64,000 nt of DNA from an uncultured bacterium (GCA_963707865.1 OY970175.1:396305-460304), one strand, 5' to 3'; shown: positions 37,824 through 48,491, counted from the first letter of the stretch. The notes: generated from the sequence alone by a model not told the origin. Program-made: numbers and translations.

Positions 37824-39094
37824 TATTCTATCCCCTCGTATTCCCTCACCGTCAGCTGCGAGTCCACCTGCCGCATTGTCTCAAGTGCAACGGCCACCAC
37901 GATCAGGATCGCAGTCCCACTGATCGTCAAAACTGCCACGCCCGTGACCGCCTGGACGATGATCGGCAGAATCGCCACGAGTCCCAAGAATGTCGCACCC
38001 CAAAGTGTGATACGATTCACAACACTCCCAAAGAATTTTTCGGTGCTCTCGCCCGGACGGATGCCCGGCACGAATCCCCCGCTCCGCTGCAAGTTTTTCG
38101 CCACCTCTTCCGGATTGAACGTGATGGACGTATAGAAATACGTAAATGCAAAAACGAGCAGGAAATAGAATATGCCGTACCAGAGCTGATTCCCAACGAA
38201 CGCCGTCGCGAACGCGTTGATCTTCAACCCCCAGGAAGCGGAAAAAATGGAAACGATCCACGCGGCGAATTGCGGGAAAAGCAAGACCGAAATTGCAAAA
38301 ATGAGCGGAATCATGCCCGCCTGGTTCACTTTCAAAGGCAAATAGCTTTGTGCGCCACCGTACATCTTGTTCCCGCGCACGCGCCGTGCATAGGCCACCG
38401 GGATCTTCCGTTCTCCCTCGTTCAAATACACGATGCCGCCAATGAGGAGCACCGCGACCACCGCAAATCCAAGATAGGTAGTTAAAAGCGACGGCGTATA
38501 GGATACAACCGCCGTTCCTACGAACGAAGGAATGCGCGCGAGAATTCCCGCCAAAATGATGAGCGAGATCCCGTTGCCCACTTTCTGCTCAGTGATGAGC
38601 TCGCCGAGCCAGAGCGCGATCATGGAGCCGCACGCAACCACCGCGATGTTCGTCACGAAGGCGAACGGTGCCGGGCGGTCGATGACCCCCTGCGAGATGA
38701 GTAACGTCAAAAACCCGTACGCGTTCACGATGGCCAATGGCACGGTGAGAAGCCGCGAGTACTGGTTGAACTTCGCCTGCCCGCGCGCCCCTTCTTCGTA
38801 ATACATCTCTTTGAAACTTGGAAAGATGATCGTCAAAAGCTGCATGATGATCGTTGCCGTGATGTAGGGACCAACGCCCAACATCATGATGGAAAGGTTC
38901 GCAAGTCCGCCGCCGGAAAAGAAGTTCAGAAACCCGAAGAGCTGGTTGGAATTGAAATAGTTCGCGAGCCGCGCCGCGTCCACACCCGGGATCGGAATCG
39001 CTGCGAAGACGCGATACGCAACGAGCAAACCTGCGACAATCAAAACTTTGTTGCGAAGATCCGTAATCTTGAATATTTGCAAAAATCTGTTCAT
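37823..39094 (-). CDS. secY: Preprotein translocase SecY
   Basis: LGVGPYITATII, GNGISLII, FVPGIRPG. Confidence 0.98.
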   Translation of the reverse strand: MNRFLQIFKITDLRNKVLIVAGLLVAYRVFAAIPIPGVDAARLANYFNSNQLFGFLNFFSGGGLANLSIMMLGVGPYITATIIMQLLTIIFPSFKEMYYEEGARGQAKFNQYSRLLTVPLAIVNAYGFLTLLISQGVIDRPAPFAFVTNIAVVACGSMIALWLGELITEQKVGNGISLIILAGILARIPSFVGTAVVSYTPSLLTTYLGFAVVAVLLIGGIVYLNEGERKIPVAYARRVRGNKMYGGAQSYLPLKVNQAGMIPLIFAISVLLFPQFAAWIVSIFSASWGLKINAFATAFVGNQLWYGIFYFLLVFAFTYFYTSITFNPEEVAKNLQRSGGFVPGIRPGESTEKFFGSVVNRITLWGATFLGLVAILPIIVQAVTGVAVLTISGTAILIVVAVALETMRQVDSQLTVREYEGIE

Positions 39095-39558
39095 GATGCG
39101 TCGCTCTCAAGTTTATCAGGTTCGTGAATACTACCTCCTGCTTTCTCAATCTTCTTCTTGGCCCCCTCCGATACGCGCATGCCCGTGACGAGCAAAGGAA
39201 ACGTTACTTCCCCGCCGGCAAGCAACTTCACTTCGCCGGAAAAATTCTTTTTCAAAAGTCCGGCGGTAACGAGGAGGGCCCGATCAAGCGTGAGAGGCGC
39301 ACTTCCGCGCATAAATGATTTAAGTGCGCGCGAAAGGTCTCCCACATTGAAGATCGCATGATTTCTCGCCATTGGTATGTTCCTGAACCCGCGCCGCTTC
39401 GGGATGCGCAGAATGATGTCCCGCTCTGCGGGCCGCATCCGCCGCCCGGCGCGGGATTTTTGGCCTTTCACACCGCGCCCGGAATAACTGCCGCGCTTGC
39501 CGCTGCGACCGATCCGCTGCTTCCTCTTTTTAATTGATTTCAATTCGTGAAGCTGCAT
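39091..39558 (-). CDS. rplO: 50S ribosomal protein L15
   Basis: GRGVKGQKSRAG, RIPKRRGF. Confidence 0.95.
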   Translation of the reverse strand: MQLHELKSIKKRKQRIGRSGKRGSYSGRGVKGQKSRAGRRMRPAERDIILRIPKRRGFRNIPMARNHAIFNVGDLSRALKSFMRGSAPLTLDRALLVTAGLLKKNFSGEVKLLAGGEVTFPLLVTGMRVSEGAKKKIEKAGGSIHEPDKLESDAS

Positions 39559-39573
39559 GGAGATGTGTGAAAA

Positions 39574-40059
39574 TTACGCTTTCAACATTTTGAGCGCTTC
39601 AATGGTTGCCATCGCGTTCGTGAGTTTGTTCGGCGTGCGCCCGAGGCATTTCGCCGTCGCATCTTTGACGCCCGCGAATGCAAGCACAAAACGGACGGCG
39701 CCGCCCGCGCGAAGGCCATGCCCCATATTCCCCGGCTTCAAAAGCACTTTCGCCGCGCTGTACTTCGCCATCACCTCATGCGCGATTGTACGATTGTCTT
39801 TTAGATTCACTGCGATTATATTCTTTTTTGCTTCGGTCTTTGCCTTCGCGATCGCTTGTTGGACGTCCACTCCTTTCGCGATGCCGATGCCCACGCGCCC
39901 CTTCTCGTCGCCCAGGACGAGCGTGCAGCGGAAACGGAAGCGCTTGCCGCCCGCAACGACACGCGTCACGCGCCGCATGTCAAGCACGCGCTCTTTGAAT
40001 TCTTCTTTCCTGACCGGCATCATCCTCCGATCGTGCCTTGGTTTTTGGGGCAATGGCAT
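39574..40059 (-). CDS. rpsE: 30S ribosomal protein S5
   Basis: RRVTRVVAGGKRFRF. Confidence 0.96.
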   Translation of the reverse strand: MPLPQKPRHDRRMMPVRKEEFKERVLDMRRVTRVVAGGKRFRFRCTLVLGDEKGRVGIGIAKGVDVQQAIAKAKTEAKKNIIAVNLKDNRTIAHEVMAKYSAAKVLLKPGNMGHGLRAGGAVRFVLAFAGVKDATAKCLGRTPNKLTNAMATIEALKMLKA

Positions 40060-40073
40060 GGAATTATTATAGC

Positions 40074-40436
40074 CTATAAGGTAAGGCCGCCTTTTTTTGC
40101 CCCTTCGGCAAACTGTTTCACCCGGCCGTGGAACTTCGCTTCGCGCCGGTCAAACACGGCGCGCGTGATTCCTATCTCCAACGCTTTCTTTGCAAGGGCT
40201 TCTCCTGCGGCGAACGCTTGTACGCTTTTGGTTTTCTTTCCTGCCGCGTTGCTTTTGCCAAAACTTGAAACGGCCGCAAGCGTCTTTCCCTTCACGTCGT
40301 CAATCAATTGGGCGTAAACGTAACGGTTGCTTCGGTTTACCACGAGTCGCGGCACGGAAGCGTTACCGAAAATCTTCGCACGTACGCGTGCCACCCGGCG
40401 TATCCTCTTCTGATTAAGTTTTTTCTTTGTTTTCAT
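40074..40436 (-). CDS. rplR: 50S ribosomal protein L18
   Basis: PRLVVNRSNRYVYAQLIDD, VFDR. Confidence 0.96.
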   Translation of the reverse strand: MKTKKKLNQKRIRRVARVRAKIFGNASVPRLVVNRSNRYVYAQLIDDVKGKTLAAVSSFGKSNAAGKKTKSVQAFAAGEALAKKALEIGITRAVFDRREAKFHGRVKQFAEGAKKGGLTL

Positions 40437-40457
40437 ATTATCCAGGATTACCCCACG

Positions 40458-40976
40458 CTACGCGGCCGCTCCAGTTGTTGCGGCCTTTTTCCCCACTTTC
40501 CTGCGAATGACCTCTCCCTGATAGCGAATACCCTTACCTTTATAAGGCTCTGGTTTTTTCAATGCGCGAATCGCAGCCGCCGTACGTCCCACCCGATCTT
40601 TGCTGATGCCAGATATTTTGATCACGTTTTTCTCAATAGCAATGGAAATTCCCTCAGGAACCTTCATGCGCACCGGTTTCGCATAGCCGAGATAGAGCAC
40701 CAATTCATTTCCTTCCAAAACCGCGCGGTAGCCGACGCCTTCTATCTCCAGCAATCTTACGAACCCTTCGGTCACGCCCTGTATCGCATTCCGCGCAAGG
40801 GCCCATTCAGTCCCAGAGGATACCCAAAGATTCTCTTCCATAACCTTCGCTGTGCCCTGCGGCGGAAGCTTTATCTTCTCTTCCCCTTTTGGCCCCCTAA
40901 CCATAAGAAAACCGTCAGTTGTGGTGGCAGTCACCCCCTTCGGTATCGTTATTGGTTTTTTCACAAGCCGGCTCAT
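40458..40976 (-). CDS. rplF: 50S ribosomal protein L6
   Basis: PEPYKGKGIRY. Confidence 0.97.
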   Translation of the reverse strand: MSRLVKKPITIPKGVTATTTDGFLMVRGPKGEEKIKLPPQGTAKVMEENLWVSSGTEWALARNAIQGVTEGFVRLLEIEGVGYRAVLEGNELVLYLGYAKPVRMKVPEGISIAIEKNVIKISGISKDRVGRTAAAIRALKKPEPYKGKGIRYQGEVIRRKVGKKAATTGAAA

Positions 40977-40980
40977 GATA

Positions 40981-41361
40981 TTACCAAATTTTGAACAAAT
41001 ATTCTCCCCCGATTTTTTGCTTCTTCGCTTCCCGGTCGGTCATAATTCCCTTTGAGGTCGAAAGGATGCCCAAGCCGTGTCCCTGCATGACCGTCCGCAG
41101 GCTGCGGTAGTCCACATACTGATGGCGGCTGGGCTTGCTCACAAACGCAAATCCGCTCGTCGCGCCCTGTTTCGCAGGGGGGGCGAGGCGGATCGCGATC
41201 ACGTTCTTTCCTCCAATCGCTTCCTTCTCCGCGCTTTTCACGTATCCCGCATCGGTAAGAACCTTCAAGATCGCAAAGTCCATCATTGAGAATGGCACGG
41301 ATATCTTCCCTTTCCGGGCCCGCATCGCATTTTTGATTTTCGGCAAAAGATCGTAATACAT
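40981..41361 (-). CDS. rpsH: 30S ribosomal protein S8
   Basis: VSKPSR, ILSTSKGIMT, IGGE. Confidence 0.96.
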   Translation of the reverse strand: MYYDLLPKIKNAMRARKGKISVPFSMMDFAILKVLTDAGYVKSAEKEAIGGKNVIAIRLAPPAKQGATSGFAFVSKPSRHQYVDYRSLRTVMQGHGLGILSTSKGIMTDREAKKQKIGGEYLFKIW

Positions 41362-41369
41362 AATAGTAG

Positions 41370-41555
41370 TTACCAGCTTGCTTTCTTTATGCCCGGAATT
41401 TCTTGGTTCGTCGCCATCTCACGAAAACAGATCCGGCAGAGGCCGAAATCGCGCATGTATCCCCGCTTGCGGCCACAACGGAAGCAGCGCCGCACGATGC
41501 GGGTCGTATATTTCGGGCGCTTTTTGCTACGCGCAATGACGGATTCTTTTGCCAT
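41370..41555 (-). CDS. rpsN: 30S ribosomal protein S14 (type Z)
   Basis: RCFRCGR...LCRICFRE...KASW. Confidence 0.96.
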   Translation of the reverse strand: MAKESVIARSKKRPKYTTRIVRRCFRCGRKRGYMRDFGLCRICFREMATNQEIPGIKKASW

Positions 41556-41556
41556 G

Positions 41557-42048
41557 TTATTTCTTCTTGAACGGAACGCCCTGCGCGCGGAACGCCGCGA
41601 TGGTCGCTGCGCGGTCTCTTTTGCGCGGCACGATGGCAATCCCAAGCGAAAACGAAACAGGCGACTGCTCGGGCACTACTTCGGGAAAGACAAAATGATC
41701 CCGTATGCCAAGATTCAAAACGCCGCCTTCGTCAACGTTTTTAAGATCCAAGCCATTAAAGTCCCTCACGCGAGGCAATACTATAGTAATCAATCGCTCA
41801 AAAAAATCAACCATTTTATCGCGGCGGAGCGTGACGCGCAACCCCACGATCTGTCCCTCGCGCAGCTTGAATCCCGCGATGGATTTCTTCGCGCGGCGCA
41901 CCTCGGGTTTCTGTCCCGTCACAAGCCCGAGGTCACGCATAACCTGAACAAGCGCTTTTTCTTCAAAGCCGGGCGTCTGGCCCAAGCGACCGACCCCCGC
42001 ATCAACTACGATTTTCTCCAAAAATTTTCTTGCCTCTTTTCTATCCAT
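41557..42048 (-). CDS. rplE: 50S ribosomal protein L5
   Basis: [22 protein letters not shown]. Confidence 0.96.
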   Translation of the reverse strand: MDRKEARKFLEKIVVDAGVGRLGQTPGFEEKALVQVMRDLGLVTGQKPEVRRAKKSIAGFKLREGQIVGLRVTLRRDKMVDFFERLITIVLPRVRDFNGLDLKNVDEGGVLNLGIRDHFVFPEVVPEQSPVSFSLGIAIVPRKRDRAATIAAFRAQGVPFKKK

Positions 42049-42056
42049 GATACGTA

Positions 42057-42362
42057 TTAGGTAATTGCTTTACATTTTTTGCAGTAGCGGGTCTTCCGCG
42101 GACCGTCCATGCGGAAACCCACGCGCGTCGGATTCTTGCAATTCACACACACGAGCATCACTTTGGACGCAGGCATCGGCCGCGGGACGTTCACAACCTC
42201 GCCTTTCTGCCCCTGCTTTTTCGGCCGCGCGCGCTTTTTAAACACGTTCAATCCGTCAATGATGACACGCGCTTCGCGAGGGTACGCATGCAAAACTGTC
42301 CCGGTCTTCCCGCAATCTTTTCCGGACAGAATTTTTACATTGTCTCCCTTTCTTATGTTCAT
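42057..42362 (-). CDS. rplX: 50S ribosomal protein L24
   Basis: IRKGDNVKILSGKD. Confidence 0.96.
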   Translation of the reverse strand: MNIRKGDNVKILSGKDCGKTGTVLHAYPREARVIIDGLNVFKKRARPKKQGQKGEVVNVPRPMPASKVMLVCVNCKNPTRVGFRMDGPRKTRYCKKCKAIT

Positions 42363-42415
42363 GTAAGTATTTTTTTGGTTGCTATGTTTCCCGGTTACCA
42401 AATCTACCGGATTTC

Positions 42416-42784
42416 CTAAACAATTTCTTCGGCCATCGTCATCAATTTCTCGTATCCGCGTTCCTTGAGCTCGCGCGGCAAGGGACCAAAGATGCGCGTC
42501 GCAATCGGTTCTTTCTTCGCATCAATGAGAACTACCGCGTTCTCGTCAAAACGCACATACGAACCGTCGGGGCGGCGCATCGCGTTCTTTGTGCGGACTA
42601 CGAGCACCTTCACTACGTCTTTTTTCTTTACGGCCTTCCGCGGCTCCGCCGCCTGAACTGATGCGACGATGAGGTCGCCCACGCCCGCGTAGCGGTGCCT
42701 GGTGCCGCCCAAGATGCGGAAACACCGCACGGTCTTCGCACCGCTGTTATCCGCCACTTTTAAAATGGAGCGTTCCTGGATCAT
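42416..42784 (-). CDS. rplN: 50S ribosomal protein L14
   Basis: [15 protein letters not shown]. Confidence 0.97.
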   Translation of the reverse strand: MIQERSILKVADNSGAKTVRCFRILGGTRHRYAGVGDLIVASVQAAEPRKAVKKKDVVKVLVVRTKNAMRRPDGSYVRFDENAVVLIDAKKEPIATRIFGPLPRELKERGYEKLMTMAEEIV

Positions 42785-43047
42785 GGTTCTTGCGAAATCC
42801 TTCCGACAATCTTCCATCGCTTTCCCCGCGACAGCGGGCGCGTTTCTTCTATCACCACGAGATCACCCTTCTTGTATTCGTTCTTTTCGTCATGTGCTTT
42901 GAACTTCGTTGTCACCCGATAATATTTCAAATACTTGGAGTGTTTCTTGAGACGGTGTACCGCAACCACGCGCGTTTTCTGCATCTTGTCAGAAACCACG
43001 ACCCCGGTTATTCTCCGCTTTTTATTTTCCTTGTTTTGCTCGTTCAT
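42781..43047 (-). CDS. rpsQ: 30S ribosomal protein S17
   Basis: [17 protein letters not shown]. Confidence 0.97.
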   Translation of the reverse strand: MNEQNKENKKRRITGVVVSDKMQKTRVVAVHRLKKHSKYLKYYRVTTKFKAHDEKNEYKKGDLVVIEETRPLSRGKRWKIVGRISQEP

Positions 43048-43228
43048 GGATGAAGGTTTTTATCCTCGCCACTTTTTTCTTGAGCTCCTTGATCCCGCTT
43101 ATATCTTTCACCTTTCCCGCCGCAAGATCAAACCGAAGCTTCCGCAGGGTTTCCTTCGCTTCTTTCATCACATGCTCAAGTTCCGCGGTCGGACGGTGCT
43201 TTAATTCCTGGATATCTTTTTTCTTCAT
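43022..43228 (-). CDS. rpmC: 50S ribosomal protein L29
   Basis: Operon position; LRF...KKVARIKT. Confidence 0.92.
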   Translation of the reverse strand: MKKKDIQELKHRPTAELEHVMKEAKETLRKLRFDLAAGKVKDISGIKELKKKVARIKTFIHERAKQGK

Positions 43229-43244
43229 GGTTATAGCGTCGCGA

Positions 43245-43655
43245 TTATTTCGTGATAATCTTACTTTTCACCGGAAGTTTAAAAGAGGCCAAACGGAGCG
43301 CTTCCCTCGCGGTCGCTTCAGGAACGCCATCAATCTCAAAAAGGACGCGTCCGGGACGGACCGGGAACACGTAATGGTCCACGCTTCCCTTGCCGCCGCC
43401 CATCGTGGTCTCGGGAGGCCTGAGTGTGACCGGCTTATCGGGAAACACGCGGATCCAAAGGCGCCCGCTCCGCTTCAAAAAGTTCGTAATGGTCTTCCGC
43501 GCAGCTTCAACCTGGCGCGCGGTGAGCCACGCCGCCTCAAGCGCCTTGATGCCGTAGGCGCCGTACGCAAGCGCGAGGCCGCGCGTTTCAACCTGGCGTT
43601 TCCGCGAGCGTCCTTTCTGCCACTTCCTGTGTTTTACTTTCTTTGGAATAAGCAT
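43245..43655 (-). CDS. rplP: 50S ribosomal protein L16
   Basis: WIRVFPDKPVT, MGGGKG. Confidence 0.97.
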   Translation of the reverse strand: MLIPKKVKHRKWQKGRSRKRQVETRGLALAYGAYGIKALEAAWLTARQVEAARKTITNFLKRSGRLWIRVFPDKPVTLRPPETTMGGGKGSVDHYVFPVRPGRVLFEIDGVPEATAREALRLASFKLPVKSKIITK

Positions 43656-43658
43656 GAT

Positions 43659-44330
43659 TTATTTCTCATTCTTCACCTTGTCAAAAATCTCTCCCTTATA
43701 AATCCACACTTTGATGCCGATCGTGCCGTAGGTCGTGAATGCGGTCGCCGTCCCGTAATCAATGTCTGCGCGGAGGGTCTGGAGCGGAAGCGATCCGCGC
43801 ACGAGCCGCTCACGGCGCGCGATCTCGTTCCCGTCCAATCGCCCGGAAAGAAAAATTTTCGCTCCTTTCACTTCTTTGTTCTGCATCACCTGTTCAAGAT
43901 ACTTCTTCATGGTGCGGCGGAAGGACATGCGCTTTTCCAAATCCCACGCGATCTGTTGCGCCACGTACTGCGCCGCGATCTCCGACCGCTTCAATTCCTC
44001 CACATTCACGGAGAGCGCGACCGGCGCCTTGTTCTTGCGCACCTTGCGCACCGCATCCGCGATCGCCTTGTTCAATTCTTCCACGCCTTTCCCGCCGCGG
44101 CCAATGACGAGCCCTGGCCTTGCAGCCTTGATGAAGATGCGCAGGTTGCCCTGTGTACGTTCAATTTCCACCGCGGAAACTCCCGCGAGGCCGATTCTTT
44201 TCTTGATCACTCTACGGATCGCCTCGTCCTCTTCAAGATACTTCGCGTATCCGCCCTTGATAAACCAGCGCACCGGCCAGTTCTTAGTAATTCCTAAGCG
44301 ATATGAAAGTGGGTTAATTTTCTGTCCCAT
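43659..44330 (-). CDS. rpsC: 30S ribosomal protein S3
   Basis: MGQKINP, PLQTLRADIDY. Confidence 0.97.
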   Translation of the reverse strand: MGQKINPLSYRLGITKNWPVRWFIKGGYAKYLEEDEAIRRVIKKRIGLAGVSAVEIERTQGNLRIFIKAARPGLVIGRGGKGVEELNKAIADAVRKVRKNKAPVALSVNVEELKRSEIAAQYVAQQIAWDLEKRMSFRRTMKKYLEQVMQNKEVKGAKIFLSGRLDGNEIARRERLVRGSLPLQTLRADIDYGTATAFTTYGTIGIKVWIYKGEIFDKVKNEK

Positions 44331-44332
44331 GA

Positions 44333-44845
44333 TTATTTGGATGCGCGTGATTTCGGATTGAACATCCGCTTGAAGAAGCCCGGTTTCTTTTTCTCCGTAA
44401 CCTCCTGCTCCGGCTTCTGCTTTTCGCGCTTGCTTTTCTTGGGCCTTTCCTCTCCGGGCGGCAGCTTCACCTTCTTCAACACGACAATCTTGTACTTCGG
44501 CTTTAGATTTTCATTGAGACCGAGGACAAGCGTCACGTTGCTCATTTTCTTTTGGATCGGCGATGCCGAACCGCGCGCACGCGGCAAACGCCGCTTGAGC
44601 ATCGGCCCTTGGTCCACGCGAAAATCGGCAATATAAAGATGGTCCGCGTTCCACCGTTTGTTGTTTTTAGCATCCGCGACCGCAGAACGCAAGAGTTTGA
44701 GAAGGGCCTTTGCCGGCCGGCGGCGTTGTGCCATAAGCTGCGCCTCCGCGTCGTTCACGGACATTCCCTTCACAAGGTCTGAAACGCTGCGCACCTTCCG
44801 TGGCGCAATCTTCAAGTAATTTAACTTTGCGGTTTGTTGTTCCAT
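44333..44845 (-). CDS. rplV: 50S ribosomal protein L22 with Lys-rich C-terminal extension
   Basis: APRKVR, PRARG. Confidence 0.95.
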   Translation of the reverse strand: MEQQTAKLNYLKIAPRKVRSVSDLVKGMSVNDAEAQLMAQRRRPAKALLKLLRSAVADAKNNKRWNADHLYIADFRVDQGPMLKRRLPRARGSASPIQKKMSNVTLVLGLNENLKPKYKIVVLKKVKLPPGEERPKKSKREKQKPEQEVTEKKKPGFFKRMFNPKSRASK

Positions 44846-44855
44846 GTTTAGTAAT

Positions 44856-45188
44856 TTATTTGGACGGCGCTTTTGCGGCGGTGGCCTGGGCCTTTTGAGT
44901 TTCCGCGGCCTTGATTTCCAATTCCTTCTGTATCTTACCGCCGTGTTTTGTGAACTTTCGCGTCGGCGCGAATTCGCCCAAGCGGTGTCCCACCATCTCT
45001 TCCGCAATCTTCACCTCCACAAAGATCTTGCCGTTATGCACGCCGAACGTATATCCCACCATCTCCGGCGCGATCTCCGAAGCGCGTGACCACGTTTTAA
45101 TGACCGGCGCGTTCTCCGGCTTCGCCTTGGAGATCTTCTGGAGAAGTCTTGGGTCAACGTAGGGACCCTTTTTGAGCGAGCGAGACAT
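44856..45188 (-). CDS. rpsS: 30S ribosomal protein S19
   Basis: [18 protein letters not shown]. Confidence 0.97.
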   Translation of the reverse strand: MSRSLKKGPYVDPRLLQKISKAKPENAPVIKTWSRASEIAPEMVGYTFGVHNGKIFVEVKIAEEMVGHRLGEFAPTRKFTKHGGKIQKELEIKAAETQKAQATAAKAPSK

Positions 45189-45193
45189 GTAAC

Positions 45194-46015
45194 CTATTTC
45201 CTGCGTTTGACAATAAACTTACTCGACTTTTTCTTCCGATTGCGCGTTTTGTGCCCACCCGTCACCTTACCCCACATGGTTTTCGGCTTCCTTGTGCCGC
45301 GCGGCTGACTGCCTTCACCGCCGCCGTAGGGGTGATCCACTGGGTTCATCGCCTTGCCACGGACAGTCGGCCGGATGCCGAGCCACCGCGAACGGCCCGC
45401 TTTCCCAATCGTAATCAAATTCCATTCGGCATTGGAAACCTGCCCGAGCGAGGCGAATCCCTCCCATTGCACACGCCGCACCTCGCCTGAAGACAATTTC
45501 AAATCCGTGTATCCATCGGCATTCGCAAGCACTTCCGCATAGGAACCCGCCGAGCGCGCGAGCTGACCGCCGCGGCCGGGCGTGAGTTCTATATTGTGCA
45601 CCTGATAACCGACCGGAATGTTTTTTAGCTTCATCCGATTGCCGATCTTCAACGGCGCTGATTCAGCAGTAAGAATCTCCGTGCCCACCGTCATGCCTTC
45701 CGGCGCCAAAAGATACGCGCGACTGCCATCGGCGTATTTCACGCGCGCAATGAATGCCGTACGGTACGGATCGTACTCCACGGTTTCTACGGTCGCTTTC
45801 GCGTTCAAACGGTTCTGCTTAAAGTCAACCGTGCGGTACAATTTCTTGTTGCCGCCGCCCTGGTGGCGCACCGTAATGCGGCCCTGCGCGTTGCGACCCG
45901 CATGGGACGTGAGCCGCTTCAAAAGCGGTTTCCACGGCTGCACGTGAGAGAGCACCTTGTAATCAGAAGTGGTCATGCTGCGGCGCGATGGGGTTGTTGG
46001 TTTATAGCTTTTCAT
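45194..46015 (-). CDS. rplB: 50S ribosomal protein L2
   Basis: [21 protein letters not shown]. Confidence 0.98.
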   Translation of the reverse strand: MKSYKPTTPSRRSMTTSDYKVLSHVQPWKPLLKRLTSHAGRNAQGRITVRHQGGGNKKLYRTVDFKQNRLNAKATVETVEYDPYRTAFIARVKYADGSRAYLLAPEGMTVGTEILTAESAPLKIGNRMKLKNIPVGYQVHNIELTPGRGGQLARSAGSYAEVLANADGYTDLKLSSGEVRRVQWEGFASLGQVSNAEWNLITIGKAGRSRWLGIRPTVRGKAMNPVDHPYGGGEGSQPRGTRKPKTMWGKVTGGHKTRNRKKKSSKFIVKRRK

Positions 46016-46016
46016 A

Positions 46017-46295
46017 TTATTGTACGTCTATTTTCTGGCCGGCTTTCAAAGTGACGATCGCCTTCCGATACCCTTCCTGCGAACCTTTTATGTTCGCGCC
46101 AAACCGTTTCCGTTTTGGCGGACGGTTTACCACATTCACTGCGATCGCATCCACCTTATAAATTTCTTTCACCGCTTTTTTGACCTCCTGCTTGGTCGTC
46201 TTTGGTTTCACGATAAAAACGTACTTGCCAAGCGTGGAGAGTCCGGTGGATTTTTCCGTCACCCAAGGCTTTTTGATAAGAAATATGTCGGTCAT
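46017..46295 (-). CDS. rplW: 50S ribosomal protein L23
   Basis: PWVTEKS, RKAIVTL. Confidence 0.95.
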   Translation of the reverse strand: MTDIFLIKKPWVTEKSTGLSTLGKYVFIVKPKTTKQEVKKAVKEIYKVDAIAVNVVNRPPKRKRFGANIKGSQEGYRKAIVTLKAGQKIDVQ

Positions 46296-46303
46296 GGCAA
46301 TTT

Positions 46304-46954
46304 CTAATTTCCAATCTTGTAGTGCTTTGCAATAGTTGCGACCGCATCCTTCTCAAGAAAAAGATTCTTGTGGTCCAAAACGTCTATGACGTTCAGCGAT
46401 GCCGCGTCAATTGCCTTCGCTTTTTGCAAATTAGCCGAGGCGCGGAACAGATTTTTGTTCGCCGCGGCATCTACTAAGAGCACGTCATACCGCTTGGCCT
46501 TCTTTTTCATATTTAAAACTGTGGCGAGCGCAGAAGCCAGCATCTTTGTTTTAGACATCTCAAGCGCAAACGATTCAAAAATTTTCATTTCGCCGTCCTT
46601 CATTTTCCGCGAAAGAACAGAGAAGAGCGCAAGGCGTCTCATTTTTTTGTTTACTTTTTGCGAATAATCGCGCTCCTTGCGCGGTCCATGCGCCTTGCCG
46701 CCGCCTATCCATAAGGGCGACCGGATGGAGCCGTGCCGCGCGCGGCCGGTCCCCTTCTGGCGCCACGGCTTCCTGCCGCCGCCGCGCACTTCACCGCGTC
46801 CCTTCACGTGCGCCCACGGGTCGCGCGCGTTTGCGCGTTGCGCGTTCACTACCTGCTTCACCAAAACCGGACTCCATTTGGCACCGAAGACATTTTCCGG
46901 CAATTCCACCGTTCCCACTTTCTCGTTCTTCAAATTGTAGACGTCGGCGTTCAT
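46304..46954 (-). CDS. rplD: 50S ribosomal protein L4
   Basis: KPWRQKGTGRARHGS. Confidence 0.97.
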   Translation of the reverse strand: MNADVYNLKNEKVGTVELPENVFGAKWSPVLVKQVVNAQRANARDPWAHVKGRGEVRGGGRKPWRQKGTGRARHGSIRSPLWIGGGKAHGPRKERDYSQKVNKKMRRLALFSVLSRKMKDGEMKIFESFALEMSKTKMLASALATVLNMKKKAKRYDVLLVDAAANKNLFRASANLQKAKAIDAASLNVIDVLDHKNLFLEKDAVATIAKHYKIGN

Positions 46955-46955
46955 G

Positions 46956-47513
46956 TTATTTTCTTATCTCAAGCAGCCCACCGCGCGCGCCCGGCACGGC
47001 GCCGCGGAGGAATATCAAATTTTTTTCTTTATCAACGTCCGCCACCACAAGATTCTTGATCGTCACCCGCTCCGTGCCCATATGCCCCGCCATACGGCGA
47101 CCGGGTACGACGCGCTGGAACGCCGTGGAACCGATGGAACCTGGCGCGCGGAAACGGTTCTTCTGCCCATGCGTCTTCGGCCCACCGTGGAAACCGTGCC
47201 GCTTCACGACACCCTGGAATCCGCGTCCTTTCGTGAGCCCGCTCACGCGGACTTTTTCGCCGGCCGCGAACGCTTCCACCGTCACCGCATCGCCCACCTT
47301 GAACTTTCCCATCTCGATCGGATGCCACTCGCGGTTTCTAAATTCACGCTTCGTCTTTCCAGCCGAAATCTGAATGGCTTCATAGCCATCTTTATCTTTA
47401 CTGCGTACCGTAGTCACCTTGTTTGGCTCCGCATGGATCACGGTCACGGGAACCACCTTCCCGTCTTTCCAAATCTGCGTCATTTTAAGTTTTTTGCCGA
47501 GAATAAATGACAT
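46956..47513 (-). CDS. rplC: 50S ribosomal protein L3
   Basis: KGRGFQGVVKRHGF, MAGHMG. Confidence 0.97.
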   Translation of the reverse strand: MSFILGKKLKMTQIWKDGKVVPVTVIHAEPNKVTTVRSKDKDGYEAIQISAGKTKREFRNREWHPIEMGKFKVGDAVTVEAFAAGEKVRVSGLTKGRGFQGVVKRHGFHGGPKTHGQKNRFRAPGSIGSTAFQRVVPGRRMAGHMGTERVTIKNLVVADVDKEKNLIFLRGAVPGARGGLLEIRK

Positions 47514-47700
47514 GGAACAAAAAACCGGCTCTTCGCCGGAAGTTCATGCAAATATCCGACCAAACCCTGCCCTCAAGCGGGGTCGTCCTTCACAAAAACG
47601 AAAGACGTCTTCCGAGGCGCCAAAGCGCGATAGATATTGGCATAAAACTTCCGAGGAAACCTTAGGGAAAAGTATAACAAAACAGGGCCCGCCGTGTCAA
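47514..47700 (-). promoter_or_regulatory. rplC promoter and structured leader
   Basis: TTGACA-N18-TATACT; GGAAGTTTTATGC/GCATGAACTTCC stem; CCGGC hairpin plus U-tract before the ATG. Confidence 0.55.
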
Positions 47701-48005
47701 TTGATCGGCAAAAGCCGGCGTTTAAAGGCGTCGAATTCCTCACAATCCACCTTTTTATCCAATATTTCTATGATGCGCGTGAACCATCCTTCCATCTCGT
47801 TTTTGGTAGGCAACATCGCGATTTTCTGTTCCAAAGCGTCCATACGCCCCTCAACTTTATCCAATATCTTGCCAACAGCAATATAGCCTTCCAGAGTTAT
47901 TTTGAATTTCGCCTCTGTTTCCTCAAATAAAATCATCGTCTTCGGATCTTTGACGGGAAACGTGAATGTTTTCGTAAGATGCCGGACCTCAATCGCCTTT
48001 TCCAT
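47697..48005 (-). CDS. Small coiled-coil protein
   Basis: Heptad pattern; N-terminus resembles the start of an ABC ATPase. Confidence 0.55.
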   Translation of the reverse strand: MEKAIEVRHLTKTFTFPVKDPKTMILFEETEAKFKITLEGYIAVGKILDKVEGRMDALEQKIAMLPTKNEMEGWFTRIIEILDKKVDCEEFDAFKRRLLPIN

Positions 48006-48121
48006 ATTTCGTCAGTATAAAGGGTAAAACGTTTCTCTCCAAGAAGGAGCGTGAACGCGATCAAACCGCCTTTCCTCGATGCTCTCCATTAATCCTTGCA
48101 ATAGTGCTCCGTAAATTACCT

Positions 48122-48394
48122 TCACCCACGATCCTGTCTTCCCAACTTTATCGCAATGACGTCCAATCGGGCATCCATCTTATCAAACCGCTCAATTAAA
48201 TAATCAAACTTATAATCTATCTCCTCAAACTTTTTATTCATCGAAACTTCCACATTGTCGAATTTCTTATGCAAGGCTCCGAAACCTTCCATCAACAGCC
48301 TGAACTTGGTATCAATTTCTTCGTAAAGCACTCCCAACTTTCGCTGGTTTTTATCCAATCGCCCTAGTTCCAGTTCAACAGAAACTCTTTCCAT
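48122..48394 (-). CDS. Small coiled-coil protein
   Basis: Heptads (KKFEEIDYKFD); ATG 6 nt after the TAAGAT -10. Confidence 0.6.
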   Translation of the reverse strand: MERVSVELELGRLDKNQRKLGVLYEEIDTKFRLLMEGFGALHKKFDNVEVSMNKKFEEIDYKFDYLIERFDKMDARLDVIAIKLGRQDRG

Positions 48395-48454
48395 AACCAA
48401 ATCTTAAAAGGTTGGGCAAAATAGTCAAAGGTTCTTTAATAATTTTTTAATCCT

Positions 48455-48481
48455 GTGCACAGGCCTGGACGATTTTCGAAC
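48455..48481 (+). repeat. att-like repeat, long form
   Basis: GTGCACAGGCCTGGACGATTTTCGAAC. Confidence 0.9.
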
Positions 48482-48491
48482 GATTTTAGGC

